64,000 nucleotides of DNA from the human T2T-CHM13v2.0 reference genome, Homo sapiens, in the NCBI RefSeq assembly GCF_009914755.1, contig NC_060937.1; one strand, written 5' to 3'. Numbering within the stretch: position 1 is the stretch's first letter; each line of letters opens with the position of its first letter. The notes below the pieces were generated by a model. That model was not told the origin of the DNA. It made no database searches and saw nothing but the letters and a program-made list of their open reading frames with translations. Made by a program: the position numbers and the translations under genes. Of this stretch, positions 40,324 to 54,135 are shown piece after piece.

Positions 40324-40579
40324 AAGTTGCTTTCTTTTACGCAATATTTCATTCTCAAAATCCAGCTATGCAGTTGCATATCGCTACCATCTTTTATTTT
40401 ACTGCTATAAACTATTCTATTGTTTGAATATACTACAGTTCATTTAGCCAATGAATATCATATACAATGTTGTATGACTTCCAAGGTTTTTCTATTCTGA
40501 AAAGTGAGGCTATGAAGCATATCTCAATAGCTCTTTTTTCATTAAGTTTATTTGTCTGATATTAATTTCTTTTGTTTAT

Positions 40580-41500
40580 TTTTAAATCTTTTTTATTTCG
40601 AGATAATTGAAGATCCACATAAAACTGTTCAATGTAATGCAGAGATTCCAAGCACTCTTCAACAAAGATCCCCCAATAACGACATCTTGCTAAACCGTAG
40701 TACAAAATCACAACCAGAATATTGACATCGATACAATCTAGCAATTTTACCTAAATTCCCCCTGCTTGGCATGCACTTGTTCATCTGTACATGTGTGGTT
40801 TTACATCTTTGTAATTTTTTCAGGTGTGTAGATTAATGCATCCACCACCACAGTCAATATACAGAGCAATTTAATTATCATAAGAAATTGTGGTGATTCC
40901 CTTTTTTCGCCACACCTACCTCACTCTTTCTCCTCACCCACCCTGGTCTCTAATCCCAGCAAACACTAATTTATTTTTCCATTTCCAAAATGTATCATTC
41001 CAGGAATGTCATAGAAGTGGAATCATACACTACGAAACGTTTTGTGGTTAGCTTTTTACACTCAGCCTACTTCCCTTGATAGTCTTCTAAGTTGTGTGTA
41101 CAAATAGATTGGTCCTTTTTACTGACTAGTAGTATTTCACAGCATGAATGTGCCACAACTTGTTTAACCCCCAAACCAGTGAAAGACATCTGGATGACTT
41201 TTGTCATCATGAATAAGGCTGCTATGAAAATCTATATGCTGATTTTTCTGTGAATATGTTTTTATTTTGAGGAGAAATATCTACGAGTGCAATTTCTGGG
41301 CCATATGATAACTACATGTTCAGTTTTATAAGAAAATTCCAAAGAATTTTCCAGAGTAACTATATTATTTTACAATCCCAACAGAAATGTATGAATAATC
41401 TAGCTTCTCTGCAACATTCCCTTAATTTAGTCATTACTTTTCATTTTGGCCATGGTGATAGTTGTGTAGTGATATCTTTGGTTAATTTTAGGGTATATCT
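40580..41500 (-). mobile_element. L1MC-type 3' end
   Basis: GAGATAATTGAAGATCCACAT..ACATCTTGC..ATATTGACATCGATACAAT signature. Confidence 0.75.
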
Positions 41501-41509
41501 TAATCATTA

Positions 41510-42055
41510 TTTCATGCATTATTCACAATATCCAAGAAATGGAAACAATCTAATTGTTCATCAGTTGTTGAATACATAAAGAATTGTGAATAAATAGAAT
41601 ATTGTTCAGCCTTTAAAAATCCTTCTATTTAAGACAACATGGATTAAATCAGAGGACTTTATGCTAGTGAAAATCAATCAGAAACAGACAGAAAAGTACT
41701 ATATAATTTCACTTGTAAATGGACTTTTTAAAATTCATAGAAGATGGTGGTTATCAGGTCGTGGGTAGAAGAAGGGGAAAATGAGGAGATGTTGGTCAAA
41801 CGGTACAATGTTGCAATTATTTAAAATAAATAGTTCTGAAAGTCTAATGCACAGCATAGAGACTAAAGTTAGTGCTACTGTATGGAATACTTGAAATGTG
41901 CTAAGAGCATAAATCTTAAGTGTTCTCACTGAAAACAAAAATAAATAAAAATGTAACTCTGTGAAGAGTTCTGCATGTGAATTAACTTGAATGCAGTAAT
42001 CTGTTTATTATGTATATTATATTAAATCATTACACAATACACTTTAAATATATAA
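41510..42055 (+). mobile_element. L1MA9/10-type 3' end
   Basis: GACAACATGGAT..ATGCTAGTGAAA..ATCTTAAGTGTTCTCAC. Confidence 0.75.
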
Positions 42056-42059
42056 CACT

Positions 42060-42167
42060 TTTCTTTTTTTCTTTTTCTTTTTTTTTTTTTTTTTTGAGAC
42101 ATGGTCTGTCTCTGTCACCCAGACTAGAGTGCAGTGACACAATCACAGCTCACTGCAACCTCCACCT
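42060..42167 (-). mobile_element. Alu (J-like) 3' fragment
   Basis: Poly(T), TGAGACA..CACTGCAACCTCCACCT, then an abrupt end. Confidence 0.85.
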
Positions 42168-42433
42168 GGTGAATGAGCTGTGGGCGAATGAGCATTACTA
42201 CCTGAGTTTCGCCTCCTGTCAGATCAGTGGCAGCATTAGATTCTCACAGGACCGCAAACCCTATTGTGAATTGCACATGTGAGGGATCTAGGTTGTGTGT
42301 TCACTATGAGACTCTAATGCCTGATGATCTGAGGTGGAACAGTTTCATCCTGAAGCCACCCCCCTTCCCAATCCATGGAGAAATTGTCTTCCACAAAATC
42401 GGTTCCTAGTGCCAAAATGGTTGGGGACCACTA
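42168..42433 (+). mobile_element. MER1B (hAT-Charlie) partial
   Basis: CCTCCTGTCAGATCAGTGGCAGCATTAGATTCTCA...GTGCCAAAATGGTTGGGGACCAC. Confidence 0.85.
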
Positions 42434-42435
42434 GT

Positions 42436-42565
42436 CTATGGTAGATTTAGCTCTGCAACAGCAGAGTTGAGTAGTTGCAAAAGAGATCACATGTCTGGCA
42501 AAGCTTTTTTTTTTTTTTTTTTTTTTAACTATCTTATCCTTGCAGAGAAGTTTGCCAGCCTCTGT
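42436..42565. mobile_element. MER58 fragment
   Basis: GCAGAGTTGAGTAGTTGCAA..AAGTTTGCCAGCCTCTG. Confidence 0.7.
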
Positions 42566-43173
42566 CCTGTAGGAAAACTTCCCAGTAAGAAAGATAGAAG
42601 CCATCCCCTTTCATGACTAAGCCTAGGAAGTCTCATAACTCACTTCTGGCATAGTAGTAACCTGCTAAGATTAAAGAGAAGAGGGATTAAACTCTACTTT
42701 TAAAAAGGGAAGAGGGAGGTTCCAGAAAAACCTGTGGAACAATAGATATGCTTACAGCCATCTTGTAAAATACGAACTTCTAATGGCTAGATTGTGATTT
42801 GTTTCGTAAAAATAGTATTCCAAAAAACAAATGAGGCAGTTCACAAGCAAGGAAGTGATTTTTTTTCATCATAAAAATTTGTTAATGTGTAGCTTAGAGA
42901 TGTTTTCTACTAACAGAATAATTCATCAAAAATAAAATACAATATTACTTTTTAAATAAGGCCTTACATTTAAATTCACTTTTAAACTGTGTCTCTATGG
43001 TGTACCAAACAGGCTAATATTCTTCTTAAACTAAGTTTTTAAAATAGAAAATGTCAAGATGTATACAAGACAATACAAAAAGTAGCCAACCAAAGTTAAC
43101 TGATTATACTCACATTAGTCCTTTGAGTGTAATTTTCCTATTCTCAGAGAATTTTGCTTAAAAATTGGGTACG

Positions 43174-44245
43174 GGATTTTATTTTTTTTATGGCTGAATA
43201 GTATCCCATTTTGTATATATACTGTATTTTTAATCTGTTCATTCACTGATGGACACAGGTTGATTTCCACCATCTTGGCTATTACAAAACATGCGGCAAT
43301 AAGAAGGAGTAAAGATATATCTTCCATATATTGATTTTATTTCCTATGGATATATACCCAAATAGTGGAGTTGTTAAATCACATAGTAGTTATATTTTTC
43401 ATTTTTTGAAGAACCCCATACTGTTGTACAAAATGTCCGTAATAATTTACATTTCCACTGACAGTGTATGAGAGTTCTTATTTTCTCGACATCCTCACCA
43501 GCATTTGTTATTTTTTGTCTTTTTTATAATAGCCATTTTAACTCAGGTGAGGTGATGACTCATTGTCAGTCTGATTTGCATTTCACTGATGATTAGTGAT
43601 TTGAGCACTTTTTCAACTACTTGTTGGCTGCTTGTTTATCTTCTTTTGAGAAAGATGTATTCAGATCTTTTGCCCATTTTTAATCAAACTATTTGGCTTT
43701 TGCTACTGAGTTGTTGGAGTTTCTTGTATATTGTGCATATTAAGCCCTTGTCAGATAGTTTGAGGATGAAACCCTGCCACTTGTGACAACACGGATGAAC
43801 TTAGAGGATATTATGTTAAGTGAAGTAAACCAGGTACAGAAGGACAAATATTGCCTGACCTGACTCATAGGTGGAATCTAAATAAGTCAAAGTCATAGAT
43901 ATAAAGAATAGAATCAGTGGTTACCAGAAACAGATGATGGTAGGGGAGAGGGATAAAGGGAAATGTTGATCAATGAATACAAAGTTATAATTAGAAGGAA
44001 TGAGTTCTGGTGTTCGATTGCACAATAGGGTTACTACAGTCAAGAGTAATGTCTTATATATTTAAATAGGGAGGGGAAGAAATAATTTTGAATGTTCTCA
44101 CCACAAAGAAATGACAAGTGTTTGAGGTAATAGATATGCTATTTACCCTGATTTGATCATTTTACAATGTATTCAAATATGAAAATATCACACTGTACCC
44201 CATTAATAAGTACAATTATATGTCAATTAAAACAGAACTTAAAAA
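43174..44245 (+). mobile_element. L1MA 3' end with 5' inversion (minus 43174-43760, plus 43761-44245)
   Basis: The segments meet at the same L1 position (AGCCATAAAAAA..ATGAAA.CCTG). Confidence 0.85.
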
Positions 44246-44476
44246 GTAAAGATGGGATACACACAGACACACTGTTGTTGAAAATGTAGTTTTCACTAAT
44301 AAACATTTTCTGACACTTCTAATTTGCTTAAATAAGGAATATTGTTATATGGTTAGTTACTAACAGTTTGTACTTAATATAAAATGTGTAAAATACATTT
44401 CGAAGATACTATTTAGTTCAATTTTCATAATTTTCTAAAGTAATATGCTTTAAAATTTACTTTCCTTAAATCAAAT

Positions 44477-45741
44477 GTAGGTCTTCATAAATCAACATAC
44501 GAAGTTGCAGAAAGTATTAATGGTAGGTTCTAGTATTTGATAGTACAGTAAGGAAATTATTGTTAATAATAACTTATTGAATATTTCCAAATAGTAAGAA
44601 GAGAAGAATTGTAATGTTCCCACACAAAGTAAAGATAAAGCTTTGAGGTGATGAAGATCTCAATTACTCTGATTTGATCATTACAGATTATATAGGTATC
44701 AGAATAACACATGTACTTTCAAAATATATTCAACTATCACATATCAATTAAAATCCTTAAAGAGTAAGTATAAGAGAATTTAGTAGGTTTATAAAAGTAA
44801 TTAAAATGTTTTTCATATTTTTTAAAAAATTAGATAATAATAGTTTCAATAGGGATGTTTAATGCTTTTACTTAATTCCTTTGCTCTCTTTACTATTTTA
44901 ATCTTTATATGCACTCTGAATAATGTGTATCTAAGATAAATAGTCACATTAAGAATACAAAAATTATCTCATTTTAGTATTGTTTACTCTGCACATACAC
45001 ATAGAACAGATTAAGGACAATTATATCAAAAAAATTACAGATATTGATGCAGGTATTTCCAGATCATGTAATAGCAAGAATTTTAAATAAGTCATTTTCA
45101 ATTTTATTTTATTCTACTTTATTTTTAAAAAACTTTTGGTGTTTTTAAAAAATTTCTTAGAGATGAAAGATAAACTCTTTTTTTGTTTTCTTTTTCTTTC
45201 TTATATTTTTTTTGAGACAGGGTCTGGCTGGCTATGTCACTCGGGCTGGAGTGCAGTGGGGTGATCTCAGCTCTCCGCAACCTCTGGCTCCCTGGCTCAA
45301 GAGATTCTTGTGCCCTCAGCCACCCAAATAGCTGGGACTACAGGGACTTGCCACCACGTCTGGCTAATTTTTGTATTTTTTGTAGAGACAAGTTTTCACC
45401 ATGCTGCCCAAGCTACTATTGAATTCCTGAGCTCAAGCAATCCACCCACTTCAGCCTTCCAAGGATTTTTAATTGATATGTGATAGTTGAATATATTTTG
45501 AAAGTACATGTGTTATTTTGATACCTATATAATGTGTAGTGATCAAATGAGAGTAATTGAGATCTTCATAACCTCAAAGCTTTCTTTTCTTTGTGTGGGA
45601 ACATTACAATCCTTCCCTTCTTACTATTTGGAAATATTCCATAAGTTATCATTAACTATAATTTCCTTACTGTACTATCAAATACTAGAACCTACTATTA
45701 ATACTTCCTGCAACTTCGAATGTTGATTTATGAGGACCTAC
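44477..45741. repeat. Inverted duplication, arms 44477-44758 and 45461-45741
   Basis: Manual reverse-complement alignment gives about 17 differences in ~282 bp, including ~50 bp of non-L1 flank. Confidence 0.92.
44526..44755 (+). mobile_element. L1MA 3' terminal fragment
   Basis: TTCTAGTATTTGATAGTACAGTA...GATTTGATCATTACA...TCAATTAAAA. Confidence 0.8.
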
Positions 45742-45776
45742 GCTGGGATCACAGGCATGAGACACCACTTCTAGCC
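45180..45776 (-). mobile_element. AluJ split by a 277-bp insertion (45465-45741)
   Basis: Alu reads ..CAGCCTTCCAAGG | insert | GCTGGGATCACAGGCATGAG..CTAGCC. Confidence 0.88.
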
Positions 45777-47204
45777 GTCATGTTCAATTTTAAATATGCT
45801 GCCTACCTGTTGAACAGTTGATATAGAGTATTTCCTAATAAAAATGTTTATAAAGTTAGTAGTCAATATAGTAAGAAAAGTAGTTTTAGTTATTACAGTT
45901 TTTAATTGGCAGCAGATGTTGATAACCAGTAAAACTTTACATAGGGTTTGTATGTAATATGTGTAGTACATATTTACTAAATGACTTACACACAATTTCT
46001 AACTCACAAATTTTATTTTAAATTATGCATTTAATTTTTGTCAGTTAGTTTAGTTATTGAAATTTTCAAGTAAAAAATTATTCACACTTATTAAATGGGA
46101 ATTTGAAGAGATAAATTCTAGGTAAAAATGTCAGGTATGGAGATGGTTCCCAGAATAATCAGTACCCTTTCATAAGAACTTCTTAGTGGGATCATCACTC
46201 TAATTCCCTCCTTTCCAGTCATATTTCTTAAAGAGTCATCTACATTTTCCCCTTTCAACTTATTTGTTTATTACTGTCTACTCAACACCGCATTCTGACT
46301 AAAAGCATCAGTGGTTCATAATTGTCAACCACAATTACACTTCTACTAGCCTCATTCTATGATAACTTTCCAGAGCATTTGCATCACTCCTCAAACCTTG
46401 AAACCATCTTCTGCAACATCTGGGGCTTCTGTGAACTCTACATAGAATTTACTCTTATGCAGTAAATCCTACATAGAATTTACTCTTCTGTTTTGCCTTA
46501 CATTTATCTGAATCCTTATTTTCTATATCTTTAGTCTTCTAGTTTTTCACAACTTATCCTCTTAAAACTTCAAATTTTCTAAAGTTCAAATCTTGTCTTT
46601 TCCAATTTCATACTATACCTGTCTTTGACCTGTTAAGAGAAATGATGTAATTTGTATGTTCATAGCAATAAAAATTAATATTATTGCTATTTTAATTTAA
46701 TGTTTATTTTTTCTTGCTCTTATACATAATAGTTCATAAAATATATAAAATATGTGACTTTAATGTAAATAATTTTTGGAGAAAATCTTTTATAAGTAAT
46801 AAACAGTCATTTTTGTGGCTGTGTCTGCTGGTGTGTTAAATTTCACCAGCTTTTGACATAAAAAATACTTGAGTGATATAGCTTTTATAGTAAGAAAAGC
46901 TCTTTTTACTTAAAATGGATGGCTAAATGTAAAAAAGATCTTTATTAAATACAAATAATGTTGTATTTCATTAGCTAATTTATCAAATATTTAAATGATT
47001 GGCTACGATTTGCTTTAGGCAGCCTAATTTATCCAGGCTGGCTTTTTTAACATTTATATATTTTCTTAATTCTTCTGGTAGCCCTCCGATTTTCCTTGAG
47101 GCAATACCCACATTGTATAGCAGTCACATAGGTTCTTTGTTTTTATATTATTTACAAAAGTGTATATGTTTAAGTTGTACAACTTAATGTTTTCATCTAC
47201 TCCC

Positions 47205-47672
47205 TTCTGGTATTGCTGCAAACATATCTGAAAATGTAGACGCAGCTTTGGAACTGGGTAATGAGCAGAGGTTGGAAGTGTTTAGAGGGCCTCAAAAGAA
47301 GACAGAAAGTTGAGGGAAAGTTTGGAACTTCTTCAAGACTGGATAAATGGTTGTGACCACAATGCTTATAGTGATATGGACAGTGAAGTCCAGGCTGTCA
47401 GGGTCTCTGCTGAAAATGAGGAACTCCTTGGGAACTGCAGCAAAGGTCACATGTGTTACACCTTAGCAAAGAGTTTGGCTTCATTCTGTTCACATCCTAG
47501 AAATATGTGGAAGTTTAAGTTTCACAGTGATGATTTAGGGTATCTGGTGGAAGAAATTTTTAAGCAACAAAGCATTCAAGAAGTTGCCTGGCTGCCTCTA
47601 ATAACCTATGCTCAGGTGCAGGAGCAAAGATATTACTTAAAGTTGAAACATATTTAAAAGAAAAGCAGATCA
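47205..47672 (+). mobile_element. MST/THE1 internal fragment
   Basis: GCAGCTTTGGAACTGGGTAATG..GAAGACAGAAAGTTGAGGGAAAGTTTGGAACTT; homologous to 4179-4726. Confidence 0.85.
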
Positions 47673-47967
47673 TACGGTTGGATTTTCATCCATTTTATTT
47701 CATTGTTGTATTTTCTAGTTCTGGAAGAGGCCAACCTCCAAATCCCAGCTGACAGCTGACCAAATTCCTATGTGTAATCAACTCAACCAAGGTCAACAAA
47801 GCTGCCTTATTGACTTATAAATGATCCTACAAATGAACACTGTTATGAACACTATTGCCATATGCCAGCTCCCTTTTAGTAATAACAAACTAATTCCATT
47901 CTGCACACTTTATATCCACTAAAACTGAGAAATGCAACAAAATAGAATACCCTGTTTGGTTTGATTT

Positions 47968-48002
47968 ATACACACACATGCACACACACACACACACGCA
48001 CA
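47968..48002. repeat. (CA)n microsatellite
   Basis: Direct reading. Confidence 0.85.
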
Positions 48003-50276
48003 TATCCCCACACAAATATACATAAGAACTTTTATACCTCCTATTTTCCATGAAATGTTATTCTACACATAGTGATTAACAACTAATAAAGTCAATTCTG
48101 CACACAGTATTCAAAAGTATACATTTTCTAATAATATGAAACCACTCTTTAACAATGAAGCATATTTTAGACTTCTTATTAAATTAAGGAAGAGCAATAA
48201 CAATTAATTTGGACATCTGCAGTAAACCTGATTAATCCCTCCTATGAGGAAATATTGATATAAAGATGCTGAAAAAATGTATAGCAAACAAAAATGAGTA
48301 GCAAAAAAGCCACTTATTTTCAAAGAGCAAATATTTACAAAAGGTATAAATAGCACGTAAAAACCATGTGTCTCTAATTTACACTTACTCAGCTATTATG
48401 CTAAGAAATAGTTTTGCATAGTATCCACAATTTATAATTATGCCTCACTGATACATTAGTTAAATGCATTGCAAATGTCCTGCTTGATTTTGAATTAGCA
48501 ACATCAAAAGCTGATTTATAAATCTTTTACTGAACATTTTAATTCTTTTTAGAAAGAAAGCCCTTTGGCTATAACAAATAAAATACAGTGCATGCTAAGT
48601 CAAGTGTATCTGTTCTGCATGGTTTTTGTCATCACATCTGGGCACCATACAAAAAAGAAAACATGATTAAAATAGAAATGCTCCCAGTGGCCCAAAGAGA
48701 AGAAGCCAATATGTCAAAAATAAAATATATATATATTATTCAAAAGAACAAATTAAAGTTAAGACAGGATTTAAAATGTGGCTATGAAATAAGATAAATT
48801 CATAAAAATAACAGCTGGAACGCTAAGCTAGTTCTCCTACAAAAGAACTTTAGAAAAACAATGTCTAAACTTTCCTCCTAGTCAAAGAAACATACTGAAA
48901 TGTTTTTAATATTATTCAACAAAGTAGTTAAATTATTAAAATAGTGCCCTGTTTATTATTTTAAACTATTATTACTACATTAAAGCTTTAATTCGTGTAG
49001 TTTTATTATAAAGATAAGTTAAAACTATGAGACATTTGAATTCATCAGCAATTGACTTCCACTTAATCTGGTTTCATTTATGCAACAATTCCACAAATGT
49101 TTGTTGGATACCTACTATTTCCTATACACTGCTCTAGTTGTTAGAGACAGAATAGTCAGTAAAACTGGCAACATATCCTTATGAGACTATTTACTGAGGA
49201 CAAACAAAAGTAGTTTAATAAGCAGAAACAAAAATATATACTTTGTTAGCTAAAGATTAATACCCTAAAAAAAATAAATAGGATCAAAGGCATAGTATGT
49301 AGAGGATTATTATCTTATGAGGGATCATTAGGAATGACCACTATGATAATGTAAAATTTGAGTGGAGACTGAAGGATATAAAAGGGGAAGTCAGGCCGAT
49401 ATTTGAGTGTTGTGGGTTGAATTGTGTTCCCCTAAAACATCGTTATTTCCATTTAGTCAGTATTCTACCCTTTCTATTCCTAGTCTTTAAATATTTATGC
49501 CTACCATGTTACATTGTATTGAACATTATTGTTCAACCAACTTCAAGAAAAATGATTTATATGTGTGGAATTTTACTAGTAAGGTATAATACGCATGATA
49601 AAAATTGTAGGACTAATATTAAACATCAGTTTATTATAATCTGAATTTTACACAATTGTAACCTTATAATCTACGACCTTATTTGTGTTCCAGGAGTTTT
49701 TGCACAGAAGAATGAATAAAATGCTGAAATAGGAGAAATAATATAGTCAACACTAAAATTTTATCACATAAGAAGGCATAGGTCTAATAGAAGTATGGAA
49801 ATAAGCCTAAATTTTATGGCAAATGTGAAATCATATTTCAATCTGAGACTATTCATAATGAAGCAAGTTCATTTGTGTATAAGTTTAAACATGGCAGGAA
49901 AACACTAGCTTACAAATGCAACACATTTCTTTCTGCATTTTTCATACCCATGTTCTCTAACAAATCCCTGTTTCAAAGATGGAAAATTTAGTCCTCCTCA
50001 ACAATCCTCAAGGGTGACACTGATACCTAAGAAAATTATGCCTAAGGAAGCTCTAAGATATTTTTATATTACAGCTGTTTATGATTTTTATATGAGCAGT
50101 AAGTAAAGGTATATTTCCTGCAATCTCAATTTTAATTTGATGCTTCTCTTTCTTAAAAAAATTATACACACACATATGTACCACACATATGTACATACAC
50201 ATAATTATATTGATGCATATAGATATATATTATCTATTTTTACCACAAATACTAAACAAGGGACTACATTTCTTTT

Positions 50277-50610
50277 TTAATTTATAAAGAAGTTTATTTG
50301 GCTCACAGTTCAGCAGGCTATACAAGAAGCATGGCTCTGGCATCTGCTTTTGGAGGGCCTCAGGCTGCTTCCACTCATGGCAGAAGGCAAAGGGGAGTCG
50401 CCATGAGCAGAGACCACATGGCAAGAAAAGAAGCGAGAGAGAGAGAAGGGAAGTATCAGACTCTTTTTAACAACACAGTTAGCTCTGTGGAACTAATAGA
50501 ACAGGAACTCACTCATCTCCTCCCCTTGGGGGGCATTAATCTATTCATGAGAGATATCCCCCCATGACCCAAACATTAGGGTCCCCAACAAAGGACTAAA
50601 TTTAAATATG
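50277..50610 (-). mobile_element. MSTB-type LTR
   Basis: TTTATTTGGCTCACAGTTC..GCTTCCACTCATGGCAGAAGGC..CCCCATGACCCAAAC. Confidence 0.8.
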
Positions 50611-51170
50611 CATTTGCATGAGTACGTCCTTATAAATGATTCAGTGTGTTAATTAAATGTTTTACAAATAGTTAAGAAAACAATTAAGCATTATACATTC
50701 TTCTAAACCATATCAACAAATAGGACTAGAATACTTATGGAATAGGTTTATAGCTGATACTTCATTTTCTGAGTCTATTCCAGAGAAAGAGCCAACAGAG
50801 GGAGACTTGGTCTCCTTCCTTTAGGAAATAATACATTTACCTCATTTTATTTATTTGTTCAATAATTTCATTTTATACTATGGACTTATAGATACTCATT
50901 CTTTGGTTATAACTCAATAATATTATTACTTATGTTGTTAAGGTATTTGTTTGTACTTTGGCCATGTGAGCACTCTCAGATTCATATTGGGTCTTGTATC
51001 TTTTAAATCTACCCTTTTTCAAATTTGTTTGAAGGACAAATTCCTCACTTTCTGACACTACAGTGTGTTCCACACTCATCATATATTTTCGATACCTTAA
51101 CTCTAGCATCAGCTACGTACCCAAAGTTAATTGTCTCAATAATTATTTCAACGCTACACATCTGTATGTA

Positions 51171-51171
<1 letters not shown>

Positions 51172-51206
<35 letters not shown>
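51172..51206. repeat. (TG)n microsatellite
   Basis: Direct reading. Confidence 0.9.
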
Positions 51207-51427
51207 TATGAATGAGACTTTATACTCACAATTTTGATTATAATTAAGTAATACTAGACTCATTCTAGTTTTTCTGCCTAGCTTTTTGTAACTTCTTTCT
51301 AAGGCAATAAGAAACCTGATTCTCATCATCTAAAATTTATTTGCTTATTTTTTCAAACTGGGTATACATGTAATGGTTTCAGAATTGCTAAGTTACGCCA
51401 TGTAGGAATAAAGACATACCACCCAGA

Positions 51428-51805
<378 letters not shown>

Positions 51806-52546
51806 TTAGTTAGTTTCATTTTTCACCATATTCTTCAGTGACATTATGTCATGCATTTGTTATGTTCAATTATTTTGATTTGATCATTGAACAATGTGTA
51901 TGTGTATCAAAATATTGCGCCCCATAAATATGTGCAATTTTTGTGTGTCAGTTTTAAAAATCCAGTGATAAGGTTATTTTATCATTGTTTTCATTCTATT
52001 CTGGGATGCTCCAATAACTTGGTTGAGCTTTTTTTAACTTGCATATTAAAAAGTTCTCTGTATAAGGGATTTGGCAAAAACATGAAGAAGTCAGTATCCA
52101 TCATTCAAATACCATACTTCCATCACTGTAATAAAACCCTGTGAGGATTCTTGGTCCTCCACTTTTCACTCTCAGAATACCTGGCAACCATGGATCTGTT
52201 TTTCATCCATACAGTTTTGACTTATATTATATAATACAAATAGAATTATACAATATGTAGCATTCTGAGTCTGGTTTGTTTGCCTTCACAAAATATATTT
52301 AAGGTTGTGTGAATGAATAGCTTGTTCCATTTTATCACTAGATAGGTTTTTATTTTATAGATATACTATAATTTCATTATCTATTCAAGGACATGTATAT
52401 AAGGACACTTGTTTGATTCCAGTTTTTGATGATTATGAATAAAGCTGTTATAAGCATTCACATACAGGATTCCTTGTTGACATCATTTTTAAAGTCATTT
52501 TAATAATTGCCTAACAGTGAAGTTGCTGAATTGTGTGGGAAGCATA

Positions 52547-53096
52547 TATACAGGAGTAAGTTAGCTCAGTAGACCTCAGTTGCTCAAATCTTGTGCAACT
52601 CTCAAGAAGGGCCTGTCTTTTGTTCTCCTCTAAAACCTACATTTTGGAATACTCCAAATTATAAGAGTTATTAGTACATTTGGGACTTGAACCATGCTAT
52701 ACCAATTTCTCTAAATAGTTTGTGCAATGTGATTTATGGTGAACACCTCCTGTCCTTCTGGGGGCCTAGAGCTTCATTAACTGCAGTCTGTCACTCAAGC
52801 ACTACCTGCAAATGTGAACCCCAGTAAAAACCCTGGACTGCTAGGCTCAGGAAAACTTCCTTGATATGATAAATAATACTTTGCATGTTGTTGGAGGCAT
52901 TACCTGTATCCTATTTGACTTCACTTGCAACTAGTTTCCATTGGATTTCATCCCATGCAACTTTTCCATTTTCTGTTTTGCTTTGTATCCTTTTCTGCAA
53001 TAAATTGAAAATACGAGTATAACAACTTTTGAGTTCTGTGAGTTTTTCTGGTGGTGAATCACCAAAACTTAGAGTCGTCTTATAGACTCCAGCATG
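52547..53096 (+). mobile_element. MER77/MER68-type ERVL-group LTR
   Basis: GTGATTTATGGTGAACACC, CCCCAGTAAAAACCCTGG, TTTTGCTTTGTATCCTTT..AATAAA..GAGTTCTGTGAG. Confidence 0.7.
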
Positions 53097-53889
53097 ATAC
53101 ATTTTTAACTTTATACAAAACTGTCCATTTTTATTTCTGAGTGTGCTGTTTTGCATTTTGAACAGCAATGAATGAGAGCTTCTGTTTCTCCACACAATCA
53201 CCAATACTTAACATAGCTTTTCTTTCCTTTGTTTCCTTTTTTAAAAAAGAAAATTCTAAGCAGTTTTTGCTAGTATCACATTATAGCCTTAAAGACAAAT
53301 GTCTTTATCTAATGATCAATTACTCTTTAATGTCTTTGCATGTGTTTATTTGCCTACTGTATGTCTTCTTTAGTGAATTGTCTAGTTATTTTGTATAATT
53401 TTCATTAGATTAATGTTTTCTTGTTTTTGAATTTAAAGACTTCTTTATATGTTCAGAATAAAAGTCCTTTATCAGATATATGTATTCACAAATATTTTCT
53501 CTGGATCATTGGCTTTTTTTTCCGTTCTCTTAAACATGTCTCTTATAAAACCGTTTTTTAATAGTGATAAAGTTCAATGTAGTATTTTTAATGTATTATA
53601 TTTTAATGTCATGTCCAAAAACTGACTATGGAGCTAAGATCACACAGATGCTCTGCTTTCTTTTTAATATTTTATATTTTTATGTTTTACATTTAAGTTT
53701 GTGATAATTTTTATTCAATTTTTTAAGTGGTTTGAAGGATATATATATACACACACACGCACGCACACATATATATACACATACATATATTTAAATATAG
53801 GCATCCAATTGTTCCTGCAGCATTTGTTGATTAGACTATTTACTGAATTTTCTTTGTACTATGTAAACTCAGATTGCTGGTTGTATTTA

Positions 53890-54135
53890 TTTTCTTACCG
53901 ATGTAGAATTCAAGTGGCTTGCTTCTTCAAGGACAACAGGAGAGAGGCTCTGTTCTTAGGAAGGAACTCAGCCTCTCTTTAAGATTTTCACTTGATTGAG
54001 TCAGGCCCACCCACAGTAGTCTCCTTTATGATTAACTCAAAATCAACTGATTTGGGACTGTCACTGAAACGTCAAAATCCCCTCACTTTTGCCACATTCT
54101 ATAACCTAGATAAAAACTCATGGGCTCATCCACGC
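53890..54135. mobile_element. MLT1E-type LTR fragment
   Basis: GTCAGGCCCACCC..GATTAACTCAAAATCAACTGAT. Confidence 0.65.

Noticed and set aside
45465-45741. Independent L1MA retrotransposition into an Alu
   Set aside because: No TSD or poly(A), and it includes non-L1 flank nearly identical to 44477-44525; better explained as a local inverted copy.
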